Made by a program: the position numbers and the translations under genes. Positions 9,521-18,283 of a stretch of DNA of 64,000 bases are shown here, piece after piece. This stretch comes from a virus. The stretch's first letter is position 1, and each line of letters opens with the position of its first letter. The DNA lies in IMG/VR virus record IMGVR_UViG_3300045988_183652, positions 1 to 64,000 of that record. One strand, 5' to 3'. The notes below the pieces were generated by a model, which was not told the DNA's origin, ran no database searches, and saw nothing but the letters and a program-made list of their open reading frames with translations.

Positions 9521-9853
9521 TTAAATGATGCTCGTGAGCCAACCGAGAACAGTGTAGAAGATGCTCGGTACGAGGAAATAGAGTCCGGCCAGAACAGCCA
9601 GAATGGTCAATACAACAGACAGTCCCTTTTTCACTACTTTCCGCGCCGCATACAGTGCGGCAATGAGAATCAGCAGACTCGCGATTTGTGCGGGGGTAAG
9701 GGTCAATACCCAAACTTTGATACGTTCAAAAATATTGACAAGTTTTTCAAGCATAAAATACCTCCGTTGGCAGGTTCCCGCCACAGCCACATTCCCTAAA
9801 GACCGTGGCGGGACTTGCTTTTCTACATTTTCTATATTACCATATTCGAACAT
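9521..9853 (-). CDS. small membrane protein
   Basis: 110-aa ORF with two TM helices; first gene downstream of the minus-strand promoter at 9833-9862. Confidence 0.4.
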   Translation of the reverse strand: MFEYGNIENVEKQVPPRSLGNVAVAGTCQRRYFMLEKLVNIFERIKVWVLTLTPAQIASLLILIAALYAARKVVKKGLSVVLTILAVLAGLYFLVPSIFYTVLGWLTSII

Positions 9854-9910
9854 AATGTCAAGCGAAAAGCACCATGTAGACTTGACATTATTTTATATTC
9901 GTGTTATAGT
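9833..9910. promoter_or_regulatory. divergent family-2 promoter pair
   Basis: Minus strand: TTGACA-ttatgttcgaatatgg-TAATAT (reads toward 9853). Plus strand: TTGACA (9882) - ttattttatattcgtgt - TATAGT (9905), reads toward the nuclease/flotillin operon. Confidence 0.5.
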
Positions 9911-9952
9911 AAAATTGCGATAGAAACATAAAAGACTCGAAAGGAAAGCGTT

Positions 9953-10741
9953 ATGGTAAAGAATAATAACAAGAAAAACAACGGCACGAATGCCTTGCGA
10001 GGGCTCCTCGCTTTCCTTGTTGCCCTTGCTGTGTTTCTCGGAGTGGAACTCATTCCGCAGCTCACAGAGAACCTTGGCTCCGACAACCATCTGTCGTATA
10101 CAGAAGCGTCTGATATCTACGAGGGGAGTTATAAGAGCCGGCTTTCGTTAGACGACATTGCTCCATTTGACGGGGAGCCATATATCGTTGTAAACGGTAA
10201 TGTTCCATTTTTTACAGAAGCTGATATAACCACAGAGCCGTTCGAATTGTTTTCCGAGTTGGACGACCTTGGCCGCTGCGGGACTGCCTACGCAAACGTG
10301 TGTCAAGAGTTGATGCCCACGGAAAATCGAGGGTCTATCGGCATGGTAAAGCCATCTGGCTGGCAGCTTGCCAAATATGATTTTGTGGACGGCAAGTATC
10401 TTTATAACCGCTGCCATCTGCTGGGCTACCAACTCACAGGCGAGAATGCCAACGTCAAAAACCTCATCACCGGAACCCGTTACCTCAATGTAACTGGTAT
10501 GCTTCCGTTTGAAAATGAAATTGCTGATTACGTTCACGAGACAAACAACCATGTGCTTTATCGTGTGACTCCTGTTTTTGAAGGAGATAACCTTGTGGCG
10601 AACGGCGTCCTGATGGAAGCTCTCTCCGTAGAGGATGATACCATTGAGTTCTGTGTGTTTTGCTATAATGTGCAGCCCGGTGTCAAGATTGATTACGGCA
10701 CCGGCCTCAACTGGGCGGATGCGGACTACTCCGCTGATTAA
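9953..10741 (+). CDS. EndA-like DNA-entry / DNA-RNA non-specific endonuclease (Endonuclease_NS_2-type), membrane-anchored
   Basis: N-terminal TM anchor, then NRCHLLGYQLTGENANVKNLITGTRYLNV...VLYRVTPVFEG. This matches the DRGH...N.xP.T..LN...YRVTPVY signature of EndA-family nucleases. Confidence 0.65.
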   Translation: MVKNNNKKNNGTNALRGLLAFLVALAVFLGVELIPQLTENLGSDNHLSYTEASDIYEGSYKSRLSLDDIAPFDGEPYIVVNGNVPFFTEADITTEPFELFSELDDLGRCGTAYANVCQELMPTENRGSIGMVKPSGWQLAKYDFVDGKYLYNRCHLLGYQLTGENANVKNLITGTRYLNVTGMLPFENEIADYVHETNNHVLYRVTPVFEGDNLVANGVLMEALSVEDDTIEFCVFCYNVQPGVKIDYGTGLNWADADYSAD

Positions 10742-10764
10742 ATAGAACAAAAGGAGAAAGAACT

Positions 10765-12201
10765 ATGTTTGACCTGCTCTTTGGGAACAAGGCTGTTCTC
10801 ATTCCCGCAATTATCGTGATTGCGGTCCTCATCATCTGTATTCTGGGGTACATTAAGGCGCCGCCCGATATGGCATATATCGTCTCAGGTCTCCGTAAGA
10901 AGCCCAAAATCCTTATCGGTCGTGCCGGCGTTCGCGTTCCGTTTCTGGAGCGCGTCGATAAGCTAATTGTCCGTCAGATTTCCGTGGACATCAAATCCGA
11001 TGGCTACATTCCCACACTGGACTTCATCGGCGTTGATGTGGATGCTGTCGCTAAGGTCCGTGTTCGGACGGATGATGAGGGCATTAAGCTGGCTATGCGG
11101 AACTTTCTGAACATCACCGATGCCCGTGGCTTCGAGCAGGCGATTTCGGACTCTCTGCAGGGAAACATGAGAGAGATTATCGGTACTATAACGCTCAAGG
11201 AAATCTGCAATGACCGTAAGAAATTCGGTGATGAAATCCAGTCAAAGGCGCAGGTTGACATGAATGCGTTGGGTATCGAGATTATCTCCTGTAATATCCA
11301 GCGCGTGACCGACGAGAAGGGCCTTATCAATGCTCTGGGTCAGGATAATATGAGTCAAATCCAGAAAAATGCTTCTATCGCCAAGGCCGAAGCGGAGCGC
11401 GATATCCAGATTGCTCAGGCGGAGGCGGCTCGTCAGGCGAACGAGGCTCAGGTCGCATCCGATACACAGATTTCTATTCGTAAGACCGAACTGGCCGTGA
11501 AGCAGGCCGAGCTGAAGGAGACCTCCGACATCAAGAAGGCTGCTGCCGATGCTGCCTATAAGATTGAGGAACAGAAGCAGCGCCGGAGCCTCGATATTGC
11601 ATCTACCGATGCCGACATTGCGAAGCGCGAGAAGGAAGCAGAACTGGCCGAGCGTGAAATTACGCTGCAGGAGCGTCGGTTGGATGCTGATATTCGCAAG
11701 AAGGCAGATGCCGATAAGTACGCTGCCGAAAAGAAGGCCGAAGCAGAGCTGTACGCCCGCAAGCAGGAAGCCGAGGCCAAGCGCTTCGAGCAGGAGCAGA
11801 TTGCCGAAGGTATCAAGGCCGTCGGTGCCGCAGAAGCCGAGGCTATCAAGGCCAAGGCTCTGGCCGAAGCGGAAGGTATCGACCGTAAGGCTGAGGCCAT
11901 GAAGAAGTACGGTGAAGCCGCAGTGGTCGAGATGATTATGAACGCACTGCCCGAAATTGCCAAGAACGTGGCCGCGCCTCTCACTAATGTGGATTCCATC
12001 ACCATGTACGGCGAGGGTAACAGTACGAAGCTGATTGAGGACATCGTTTCCTCTACCACTCAGGTCTCCAACGGTATGCTGAACGGTCTGGGTATCGACC
12101 TGCGGAGCCTGCTGGCAGGTTTTGTCGGTGGTAAGGTTGCAGTTCCCGCATCTGCTTCCGGTGTTGAGCCTACCGCTACCGCTGAGGGCGATGCCGAGTA
12201 A
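10765..12201 (+). CDS. flotillin-like SPFH/band-7 protein
   Basis: AAGGAG RBS; N-terminal TM hairpin + SPFH domain + long EA-rich coiled coil ([22 protein letters not shown]...) + C-terminal flotillin domain, like Bacillus FloT/YuaG. Confidence 0.8.
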   Translation: MFDLLFGNKAVLIPAIIVIAVLIICILGYIKAPPDMAYIVSGLRKKPKILIGRAGVRVPFLERVDKLIVRQISVDIKSDGYIPTLDFIGVDVDAVAKVRVRTDDEGIKLAMRNFLNITDARGFEQAISDSLQGNMREIIGTITLKEICNDRKKFGDEIQSKAQVDMNALGIEIISCNIQRVTDEKGLINALGQDNMSQIQKNASIAKAEAERDIQIAQAEAARQANEAQVASDTQISIRKTELAVKQAELKETSDIKKAAADAAYKIEEQKQRRSLDIASTDADIAKREKEAELAEREITLQERRLDADIRKKADADKYAAEKKAEAELYARKQEAEAKRFEQEQIAEGIKAVGAAEAEAIKAKALAEAEGIDRKAEAMKKYGEAAVVEMIMNALPEIAKNVAAPLTNVDSITMYGEGNSTKLIEDIVSSTTQVSNGMLNGLGIDLRSLLAGFVGGKVAVPASASGVEPTATAEGDAE

Positions 12202-12242
12202 AAACAATATCCCGCCGTAGGCACTCCCTGCGGCGGGTATAC

Positions 12243-12327
12243 GGAGAGGTGGCCGAGCGGTTGAAGGCACCGGTCTTGAAAACCGGCGATGCGAAAGCAT
12301 CCGTGGGTTCGAATCCCACTCTCTCCG
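12243..12327 (+). tRNA. tRNA-Ser (anticodon TGA), CCA encoded (12328-12330)
   Basis: Cloverleaf with long variable arm (GGCGATGCGAAAGCATCC), anticodon loop cTTGAAa, T-arm GTGGGTTCGAATCCCAC. Confidence 0.85.
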
Positions 12328-12343
12328 CCAAAAGTAAAAAATA

Positions 12344-12477
12344 AGTACGGACGGTATAACCGGAATTAACGCCTGTGGAGATGCATGGTCATCGTGGAAG
12401 CAGGAATACTCTGTTAGCTGGTCATTCATGTGAGAGATGATGTCAGCACTTTTAGGGAACTGAATATGCCTGTGTCG
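12344..12477 (+). ncRNA. conserved ~135-nt array-leader / putative scaffold RNA element, copy A
   Basis: AGTACGGACGGTATAACCGGAATTAACGCCTGTGGAGATGCATGG...GGAATACTCTGTT..GCTGG..GTGAGAG...GGGAACTGAATA, shared at ~85% with copies at 43010, 44159, 45545 and more divergently 12711. Starts immediately 3' of tRNA-Ser. Confidence 0.5.
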
Positions 12478-12635
12478 GGTGTATGAAACCCTGAAAAAGC
12501 AGTGGTGTATACCATCAACGCAGTCCCATTAGAGTGCCGGAGAGGTATATAAAGCCCCGAAATAGCAGGGTTGTATACCATGTTGACTACGGGAATCACA
12601 GTATACAGGGCCTTAAAACAATAGGGTTATACACC
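12478..12635 (+). CRISPR. CRISPR-like mini-array A (3 degenerate 36-nt repeats, spacers 30 and 21 nt)
   Basis: Repeats at 12478-12513, 12544-12579 and 12601-12635, consensus GGTATAyAnnnCCCnGAAAnAnCAGGGTTGTATACC. Each repeat is an imperfect hairpin (GGTATACA...TGTATACC). Confidence 0.45.
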
Positions 12636-12685
12636 ACTCACGCATTCCTGTTGCTTGTGAGCACAAGATGCCAAATTTTGAAAAA

Positions 12686-12704
12686 GTGTGCAATGATTGC
12701 ATAC
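12686..12704. promoter_or_regulatory. palindrome GTGTGCAATgATTGCAtAC upstream of leader copy B
   Basis: A perfect version, GTGTGCAATGATTGCACAC, sits at 42971-42989, ~20 nt upstream of leader copy C. Confidence 0.35.
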
Positions 12705-12710
12705 TTAAAA

Positions 12711-12850
12711 AGTACGGATGGTATAACCGGAATTAACGCCTGTGGAGACGAACTCCGTCGCTAAAGCAGGAACTTGCCATGAGCTGAATTCTGCGTGAGA
12801 GGCGGTGCAACGCCGAGGTGGGAGTACCTTGGGGGAACATTAGCAAGCGC
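12711..12850 (+). ncRNA. conserved array-leader element, divergent solo copy B (no array)
   Basis: AGTACGGATGGTATAACCGGAATTAACGCCTGTGGAGACGAACTCCGTCGC...GTGAGAGGCGGTGCAACGCC...GGGGGAAC. It has the same architecture as the other copies but different internal hairpins. Confidence 0.4.
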
Positions 12851-12899
12851 ACAAAAATCAAAAATCGGTGGAATGGCATGGAAGGCAGGTGACTTGTAA

Positions 12900-13298
12900 A
12901 TGGCAGACTATTTCAAAGTTGTTTACTCGCGGGAGCTTTCCGCTGAATATAACCCTCGCTACATCGTGATACAGCCCAAGACTGGCGCGGTTTTAGATGA
13001 TGCCCAAGGCTTCGGCTATACAAGCCGCGAGAAGGCGGCAAAGGCATACACCTACAAGAAGATGCCGCATCCCGAACAGCGGTCTCTGGCGGCCCGCAAA
13101 CGCCGCGTAGAGAAGTGGTGTCTGGAACACCTTGATGTGGTAGATGGTTATGCTGACATCTGCTTACAGCATATGAAGGCATCGGGAGATGGACGTATCA
13201 GTATGAGTTCTGCTGTTGTCTCCCGTTATCTGAAGGACTGCGGATACGATAATCTGCCGTTCTCGGCACAGGACTTTATCCGCTACTGTAAAACTTAA
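12900..13298 (+). CDS. hypothetical protein
   Basis: 132-aa ORF, first gene after leader copy B. Confidence 0.4.
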   Translation: MADYFKVVYSRELSAEYNPRYIVIQPKTGAVLDDAQGFGYTSREKAAKAYTYKKMPHPEQRSLAARKRRVEKWCLEHLDVVDGYADICLQHMKASGDGRISMSSAVVSRYLKDCGYDNLPFSAQDFIRYCKT

Positions 13299-13320
13299 AT
13301 TTGGGGTGAGGTGAAAGGAC

Positions 13321-15501
13321 ATGAAAAACACCATATTGGGGACGGTGCGCTTTAATGACATCGGGGCGTACAAGAATGAGTGGGCGGCGAGAAGCCGTGA
13401 ATGGCGCTTTGAAAAGGCCCGACAGGAGGAAACCCACATTATCAGAGAGAATGACAGAGACGATGCAACGCTCTTTTCTGGACTCACAGACCTGTCCAGT
13501 CTCTCGCGAGATAATAGTGACACCAATGAGAGATGGTGGCGGAAACGCATTGAGGACTACCTCAAGAACCTTTCTGAGTTCATCGACTACTGTAAGACCT
13601 ATGAGCAGCCTGCCAACATATATAGCATTTATGAGGGCATTGGTATGGTCGTCGGCCTCGGCAGTCGTAGGTTCTTTCTCTACCAGCCGGACTCTCTGGT
13701 GGCGGAGTATGTGCCGGTCAAGGACTATTCCGCAATGTCCGTGAGCGAGATGCGAGCCCTCGCAACGCACGGCGCTTCATCGACGCTGCCGGCATCCGTG
13801 CCTGAGTCTCTTTCGGTCTCTCAGGTGCGTGAAGGCCTGTCCGACCGTGAGGCGGAGCTGAACGCTCTCAAAGCCAATATCGAAGATACCAAGAACGGAA
13901 CCAGTGATGAACTCCGCGCCCTCAAGGAAGAGGTCGAGCGTGCCATGGCCGCCTTGGAGCAGAAAAAGGAAAAACTGATGGCAGAGCTGTCCGCCAAACG
14001 CGAGGCTCTGGAGGAACAGGTAGAAATGATGAACAATCAGATTTACCTGTTGGAATCTCAGATTTATGCTATCCGCTGCTACATGGGTGAGACAATCAAC
14101 TTTACCCGTATCCGCACTGGCCGGAACGCACCGGAAAAGGAGCCGGTCGTCCTGTTCCAGAAGCTCCGTTTTCTCGATGAAGAGATGGGGCGTCTTGCTT
14201 CCATTTACAACATGAAAGAAAGCAAGCTGAAGTATTTCGAGGAGTTTCTCGCAGCGTCTCCTGTTGCGCTGGATACCTTTGCTCCCAGTGAGAAGTGCGT
14301 GGCACTGGTTCGTCTCAGCAAGACCGGCAAGCATTTCTTTGGACATGAGGCGTGGAGCAATATGCTGGATAGCTATAATATCTACCACGGGAACACCATC
14401 GGTATCACTATCCGAAACGGAGAAAATGTCTATATCGGTTGGACTGACCCGGAGGAAGTCCATGTGACAGATGACTTCATTATGGAAGTAAATCCAAAAG
14501 ATTTCCGCGTCAATACGGAGTATATCGGGCAGGAGGATGAATACCAGCGGAAGCAGCGTGTCAAAGAGGAACGTTCACAGGCACGAAGTATGGTCGTGGA
14601 AATGGTTTCCAGAATTTTCCTGTTCAATATCCTACAGGGTGTGGTGGATAGCTCCAACATCCTTTCTCTGCCGGCTGGCGTCAAAATCTCCAAGTCCTCC
14701 GAGTATGTCGTGTTTTCCATGGCTGACCGCTGGTTGACCGACAACCGCTACGGCAGCTTTGTGGACATTGTGGAGCGATGCAACAAGCCTGACGCAAAGA
14801 AGGGTGATAGTATCTTGACCGTTCTTTCTTTGACTCCGGAGAGAGAATACAGGTATAGGCCTTACTGGAATGACCGTGGCAGGGGAGACCGCAACCGTAC
14901 CCACGACTGTTCCGTTGATGACTGCGCCATCTATCCCATCAATCTGGTGGAGTATGACGCACCGGAGCAGCGCACCTATTATCTCTTTAATGGCATTCGC
15001 TACTCCACATATGGCGATGGCAGTAATCTCACAGATGACGCTGAAATCATCGAAACTGTCATGGAGCCTAAGCCGCATTTCTTCGTATCTGTGGAGAAGG
15101 GCGAGTCCATAAACCGCCGTTGGTATGATGACGAGGGCAAGAAACGCGCCCGTTCCAATTTTGAGGTATTCCGCGACGAATACATCAACCTCACTTTTAT
15201 GAACTCCGAGTGGCTGACTTACGCCATCAACACCAAGAACCTTGGTGGATGGATTATCGGAGGTAAGTGCGTGGATTACGCCTATGGTATCAAGTACCTG
15301 AACGTGGCCCTGCAATACATCCGCCAGCGCGAGGCATCCGAGAAAGAGCACATCGACCGCGCTTGCCCCTGCTTTACGGAGAAGCACCCTTCTTGGATGG
15401 TAGACCTGTCCGAGTGGAAGCTCGCCAAAGATGTCCATAGTCTTCATTCCCGCAACGTATCGAAATTTGTGAGCTGGTATGCTCAGAAGGAGGCGTCCTA
15501 A
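13321..15501 (+). CDS. large hypothetical protein with central coiled coil
   Basis: 726-aa ORF; RBS GGTGAGGTGAAAGGAC upstream; coiled-coil segment (ELNALKANIEDTKNGTSDELRALKEEVERAMAALEQKKEKLMAELSAKREALEEQVEMMNNQIYLLESQIYAIRCYM). Confidence 0.5.
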   Translation: MKNTILGTVRFNDIGAYKNEWAARSREWRFEKARQEETHIIRENDRDDATLFSGLTDLSSLSRDNSDTNERWWRKRIEDYLKNLSEFIDYCKTYEQPANIYSIYEGIGMVVGLGSRRFFLYQPDSLVAEYVPVKDYSAMSVSEMRALATHGASSTLPASVPESLSVSQVREGLSDREAELNALKANIEDTKNGTSDELRALKEEVERAMAALEQKKEKLMAELSAKREALEEQVEMMNNQIYLLESQIYAIRCYMGETINFTRIRTGRNAPEKEPVVLFQKLRFLDEEMGRLASIYNMKESKLKYFEEFLAASPVALDTFAPSEKCVALVRLSKTGKHFFGHEAWSNMLDSYNIYHGNTIGITIRNGENVYIGWTDPEEVHVTDDFIMEVNPKDFRVNTEYIGQEDEYQRKQRVKEERSQARSMVVEMVSRIFLFNILQGVVDSSNILSLPAGVKISKSSEYVVFSMADRWLTDNRYGSFVDIVERCNKPDAKKGDSILTVLSLTPEREYRYRPYWNDRGRGDRNRTHDCSVDDCAIYPINLVEYDAPEQRTYYLFNGIRYSTYGDGSNLTDDAEIIETVMEPKPHFFVSVEKGESINRRWYDDEGKKRARSNFEVFRDEYINLTFMNSEWLTYAINTKNLGGWIIGGKCVDYAYGIKYLNVALQYIRQREASEKEHIDRACPCFTEKHPSWMVDLSEWKLAKDVHSLHSRNVSKFVSWYAQKEAS

Positions 15502-15720
15502 ATGGAAGCTACACCTACCATAACCTCGCGGTTGCCTTATAGACATTGTGCCAAGTGCTTCAACCGTATCGTACTTCACGCATTCTCCGAAAGCCATTGT
15601 CTCGAATGCGGCAAAGTCATCATCTGCTTTAATACCCCGGCAGATTCGCTCTGCCCTGAATGTGCCATCAAACTGAACCGCTGCATCCATTGCGGCGTTG
15701 AACTGGATAAGGAGAATTAA
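15502..15720 (+). CDS. small zinc-ribbon protein (4 CxxC pairs)
   Basis: 72-aa ORF, ATG overlaps the upstream stop (TAAATG); CAKC...CLEC...CPEC...CIHC. Confidence 0.45.
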   Translation: MEATPTITSRLPYRHCAKCFNRIVLHAFSESHCLECGKVIICFNTPADSLCPECAIKLNRCIHCGVELDKEN

Positions 15721-15723
15721 ATC

Positions 15724-15996
15724 ATGCGTAACATTGTCATCATCAAGCACCCCAAATGCCCGCAGACCTTCCTGTTCTCCGTCCCTGACGGTTGTGCGCT
15801 CCATACCGGCGATTTCGTGACGGTGGACACAAAGAAGGGCAAGACCGTTGGCATCTGTGCCTCGGACAGCTTCTCCGTTCCTGAGAGTGCTTTGAAGCAC
15901 ATCGTTACTGCTTTTGGCGGTTCTGAGCCCCTGCGTACAGTTGTCGGTATGTTGGAGGAGCGCCCGCTGGTCAGCGCTGTTAAGGAGGCATCTTAA
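15724..15996 (+). CDS. hypothetical protein
   Basis: 90-aa ORF, translationally coupled in operon. Confidence 0.4.
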   Translation: MRNIVIIKHPKCPQTFLFSVPDGCALHTGDFVTVDTKKGKTVGICASDSFSVPESALKHIVTAFGGSEPLRTVVGMLEERPLVSAVKEAS

Positions 15997-16205
15997 TGGC
16001 CGCCGGCAAACAGCGTGCAGGCGCCGACCGACGCTATATCGTCTTCTGTACCGCTTGCGGGCAGGTTGCCCCACTGACCGATAAGGTGGATGTGGATGGA
16101 CACCTCATGTACGACTGGCACCGCCCTTGCCCGCGCTGCGGTAAGGAGGACTGGGCAACTCGCTTCATTGAGCCTCTCGGAGCTGCAAAGAAAACGCAAA
16201 GTTGA
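15996..16205 (+). CDS. small zinc-ribbon protein
   Basis: 69-aa ORF, CTACGQ...CPRCGKED; ATG overlaps the upstream stop. Confidence 0.4.
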   Translation: MAAGKQRAGADRRYIVFCTACGQVAPLTDKVDVDGHLMYDWHRPCPRCGKEDWATRFIEPLGAAKKTQS

Positions 16206-16304
16206 GTTTGAGTTTCTCTTTGCTTATTTACCCAATCTCTTAGCTTTTTCCTTGGAATTTAGTTTGATTTGTCGCAAGTTGGTTGCAACCTTGAAAAATA
16301 AGCA

Positions 16305-16340
16305 AAAAGCACCTCTCAAAAGAGAGGTGCTTTTGTGTTT
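16305..16340. terminator. bidirectional terminator between convergent operons
   Basis: AAGCACCTCTC-aaaag-AGAGGTGCTT flanked by A-run and T-run. Confidence 0.6.
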
Positions 16341-17712
16341 AGAATTTGAGTTGCTCTTCAGTTATTTTTGCGATTTGCGGCAACTTGCGAGCTTCTTCGG
16401 TACGGAGCTGGAACATATCCAGCTCATAATTGCCGAGCCGGACGCGGTCAAGCCCATCAGCGTCTTTGAAAATATCAAAGAGTGTTTTGACGCGCAGCGC
16501 ATCCTGCCTATCCCTCCAGTGTTCCGAGATGAAGTCGTAGCCTTCCTTATCGGGGCGGCAGTGATACTCCATCAGAAACAGTGTGATGGGGTCCGTATCA
16601 GGATATGCTTCCTGCAGCATCCTTGCGCTCTCGCCACCGTGGGTATTATCCTCGGAATCGCTACGTCTGCCTGTGTCGTGATACAGTGCAGCCTCAATCA
16701 GAATTTCCTTGTCTTCCAAGTCCAGACCCTTCATATACGCCAGCAGCATACACATGAATAGGACACGGCCAGCGTGAGCCTTTCCATGCAGTTTGCCTGC
16801 CATCTGGAATGGAACGGCGTCATAGTCAGCAGTCTTCTGATAGAGCCAGAAGTCGTCTATTGCACCGTCATCCGCTGCCTCGTTGAGCCAGTCGATACCA
16901 TAGAAGGGGAAGTCTTCAACCTCCTTGATGTCATCAGGAGATACAATAACTTCAGCCTCCACACCTTCGAAATACTCAATGACAGAGGCTTTTTCGACTG
17001 TAGCCCGATATACCTTTGCATGGTCAGACGGAAAGCGCGTGGCGAAGAACACGGCTACGGCAGGGTCCAGCGTCCAAGAGAACGCTTCCTCCAGACTTGC
17101 GCTTTCATCGCCGGCGCCACGGTAAACCGTCAGCGTGTCAGGATACTTCTTGAGCCCCTTCTCCGTTGCCTGAACCTGTTCCGGCGTTTTCATGCTTTTG
17201 AGCTTCAGTATACCATCCCGTCTGAGTGCGGAGCATCCGTAATCGGAAAAAGGGTAGACATCGCAGAACAGTTTGTAAGCACCATCAAAGCCCTCATCAA
17301 CGAGTTTCTTCAGATACTCTATCCGCATCCGGTCGTTGAGTGCCGTGATGATGAAGTTACAGTTGCCGGAAGCAATTTTCTCCTTCAGTTGCTCAACAGC
17401 CCCTCGGATTTCAGGCGTTTTATCTTCACCGTCGGCTGCCATTGTAAGACTGTTGCAGGGGAATATGACCTTATCCTTATCCCAGTAATAAAACGGGGTA
17501 AAGCCGCAGCCGTAGTAGAGGTTCTCAATGATGTCGTCGGTTAGATGAAACTTCTTCCGCAGTTCATCGGCTGTATAGGGCGCCATATATCCGTTCCGAC
17601 TGGCAACTGCCTTTGATTTCTCTGATGTGACAGATGTAACAGGGAGGAGGTTGTTGAACGATTCAACATTGCGGGACTTCATCACCACATCAGTGATGTT
17701 CATACTTCTCAA
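16339..17712 (-). CDS. HD-domain phosphohydrolase with large N-terminal domain of unknown function
   Basis: C-terminal H..H...YHDTGR...DADGLDRVR HD motifs; 457 aa. Confidence 0.55.
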   Translation of the reverse strand: MRSMNITDVVMKSRNVESFNNLLPVTSVTSEKSKAVASRNGYMAPYTADELRKKFHLTDDIIENLYYGCGFTPFYYWDKDKVIFPCNSLTMAADGEDKTPEIRGAVEQLKEKIASGNCNFIITALNDRMRIEYLKKLVDEGFDGAYKLFCDVYPFSDYGCSALRRDGILKLKSMKTPEQVQATEKGLKKYPDTLTVYRGAGDESASLEEAFSWTLDPAVAVFFATRFPSDHAKVYRATVEKASVIEYFEGVEAEVIVSPDDIKEVEDFPFYGIDWLNEAADDGAIDDFWLYQKTADYDAVPFQMAGKLHGKAHAGRVLFMCMLLAYMKGLDLEDKEILIEAALYHDTGRRSDSEDNTHGGESARMLQEAYPDTDPITLFLMEYHCRPDKEGYDFISEHWRDRQDALRVKTLFDIFKDADGLDRVRLGNYELDMFQLRTEEARKLPQIAKITEEQLKF

Positions 17713-17899
17713 TCTCCTTCAATAATTTTTCTATCACATCGGCAGCATCCGCTTCAATGTCGTTGATGTTACAGGCACCGTCCACATCGCGGTACTTGCA
17801 CCGCTTATCGCCGCAGCCGAGGTTGTCTTCAGCGTCCGTGCCGTAGCAGCGGAGCTTCTTGATAACTCTCAGCGCATCGCTTTTCAGCTTTGCAGTCAT
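17690..17899 (-). CDS. small hypothetical protein
   Basis: 69-aa ORF overlapping the downstream gene start by 23 nt. Confidence 0.35.
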   Translation of the reverse strand: MTAKLKSDALRVIKKLRCYGTDAEDNLGCGDKRCKYRDVDGACNINDIEADAADVIEKLLKEIEKYEHH

Positions 17900-17992
17900 T
17901 ATGCTTTCTCCTTTCTACAATACCGGCTTCTTTTGCATATCATTATATATTCTTATATGCAGAAACTCAACTCCTTTCTGTAGCAAACAGAA

Positions 17993-18229
17993 TCAAAGGG
18001 TCTCATCGGCAATGACTTCCTTTGAAACCGTGTTATTCCACATCCGCACACTCTTCCTGATACTGCTGGCATAGATTTTTGTGCCGGCATAGGTCTTCAG
18101 GCTTGCGTGGAACGGAAACCCCTTTTTGCAACTCTGACATACAGCCTTACAATCGGGCTTGCCACAGTGGGAATACAGCTTGATTTTGCCACCACACACG
18201 GGGCAGGGAGCAATGTAACCTAAATCCAT
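17993..18229 (-). CDS. small zinc-ribbon protein
   Basis: CPVCGGKIKLYSHCGKPDCKAVCQSCKK; 78 aa. Confidence 0.4.
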   Translation of the reverse strand: MDLGYIAPCPVCGGKIKLYSHCGKPDCKAVCQSCKKGFPFHASLKTYAGTKIYASSIRKSVRMWNNTVSKEVIADETL

Positions 18230-18283
18230 AGCATTATCTCCTTTCGAAGAGAGCCACCCCGAAAGGTGGCTCTTTAGTTGTAG

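Noticed and set aside
11242-12429. 395-aa minus-strand ORF spanning the flotillin 3' end and tRNA-Ser
   Set aside because: It runs antisense through the flotillin coiled-coil region (alanine/glutamate codons read backwards give long open frames) and across a tRNA gene. There is no RBS.
14632-16074. 480-aa minus-strand ORF
   Set aside because: Antisense to the well-organised plus-strand operon 13321..16205 whose genes have RBSs and translational coupling. The minus ORF has no RBS and a low-complexity Arg/Gly/Ala-rich translation.
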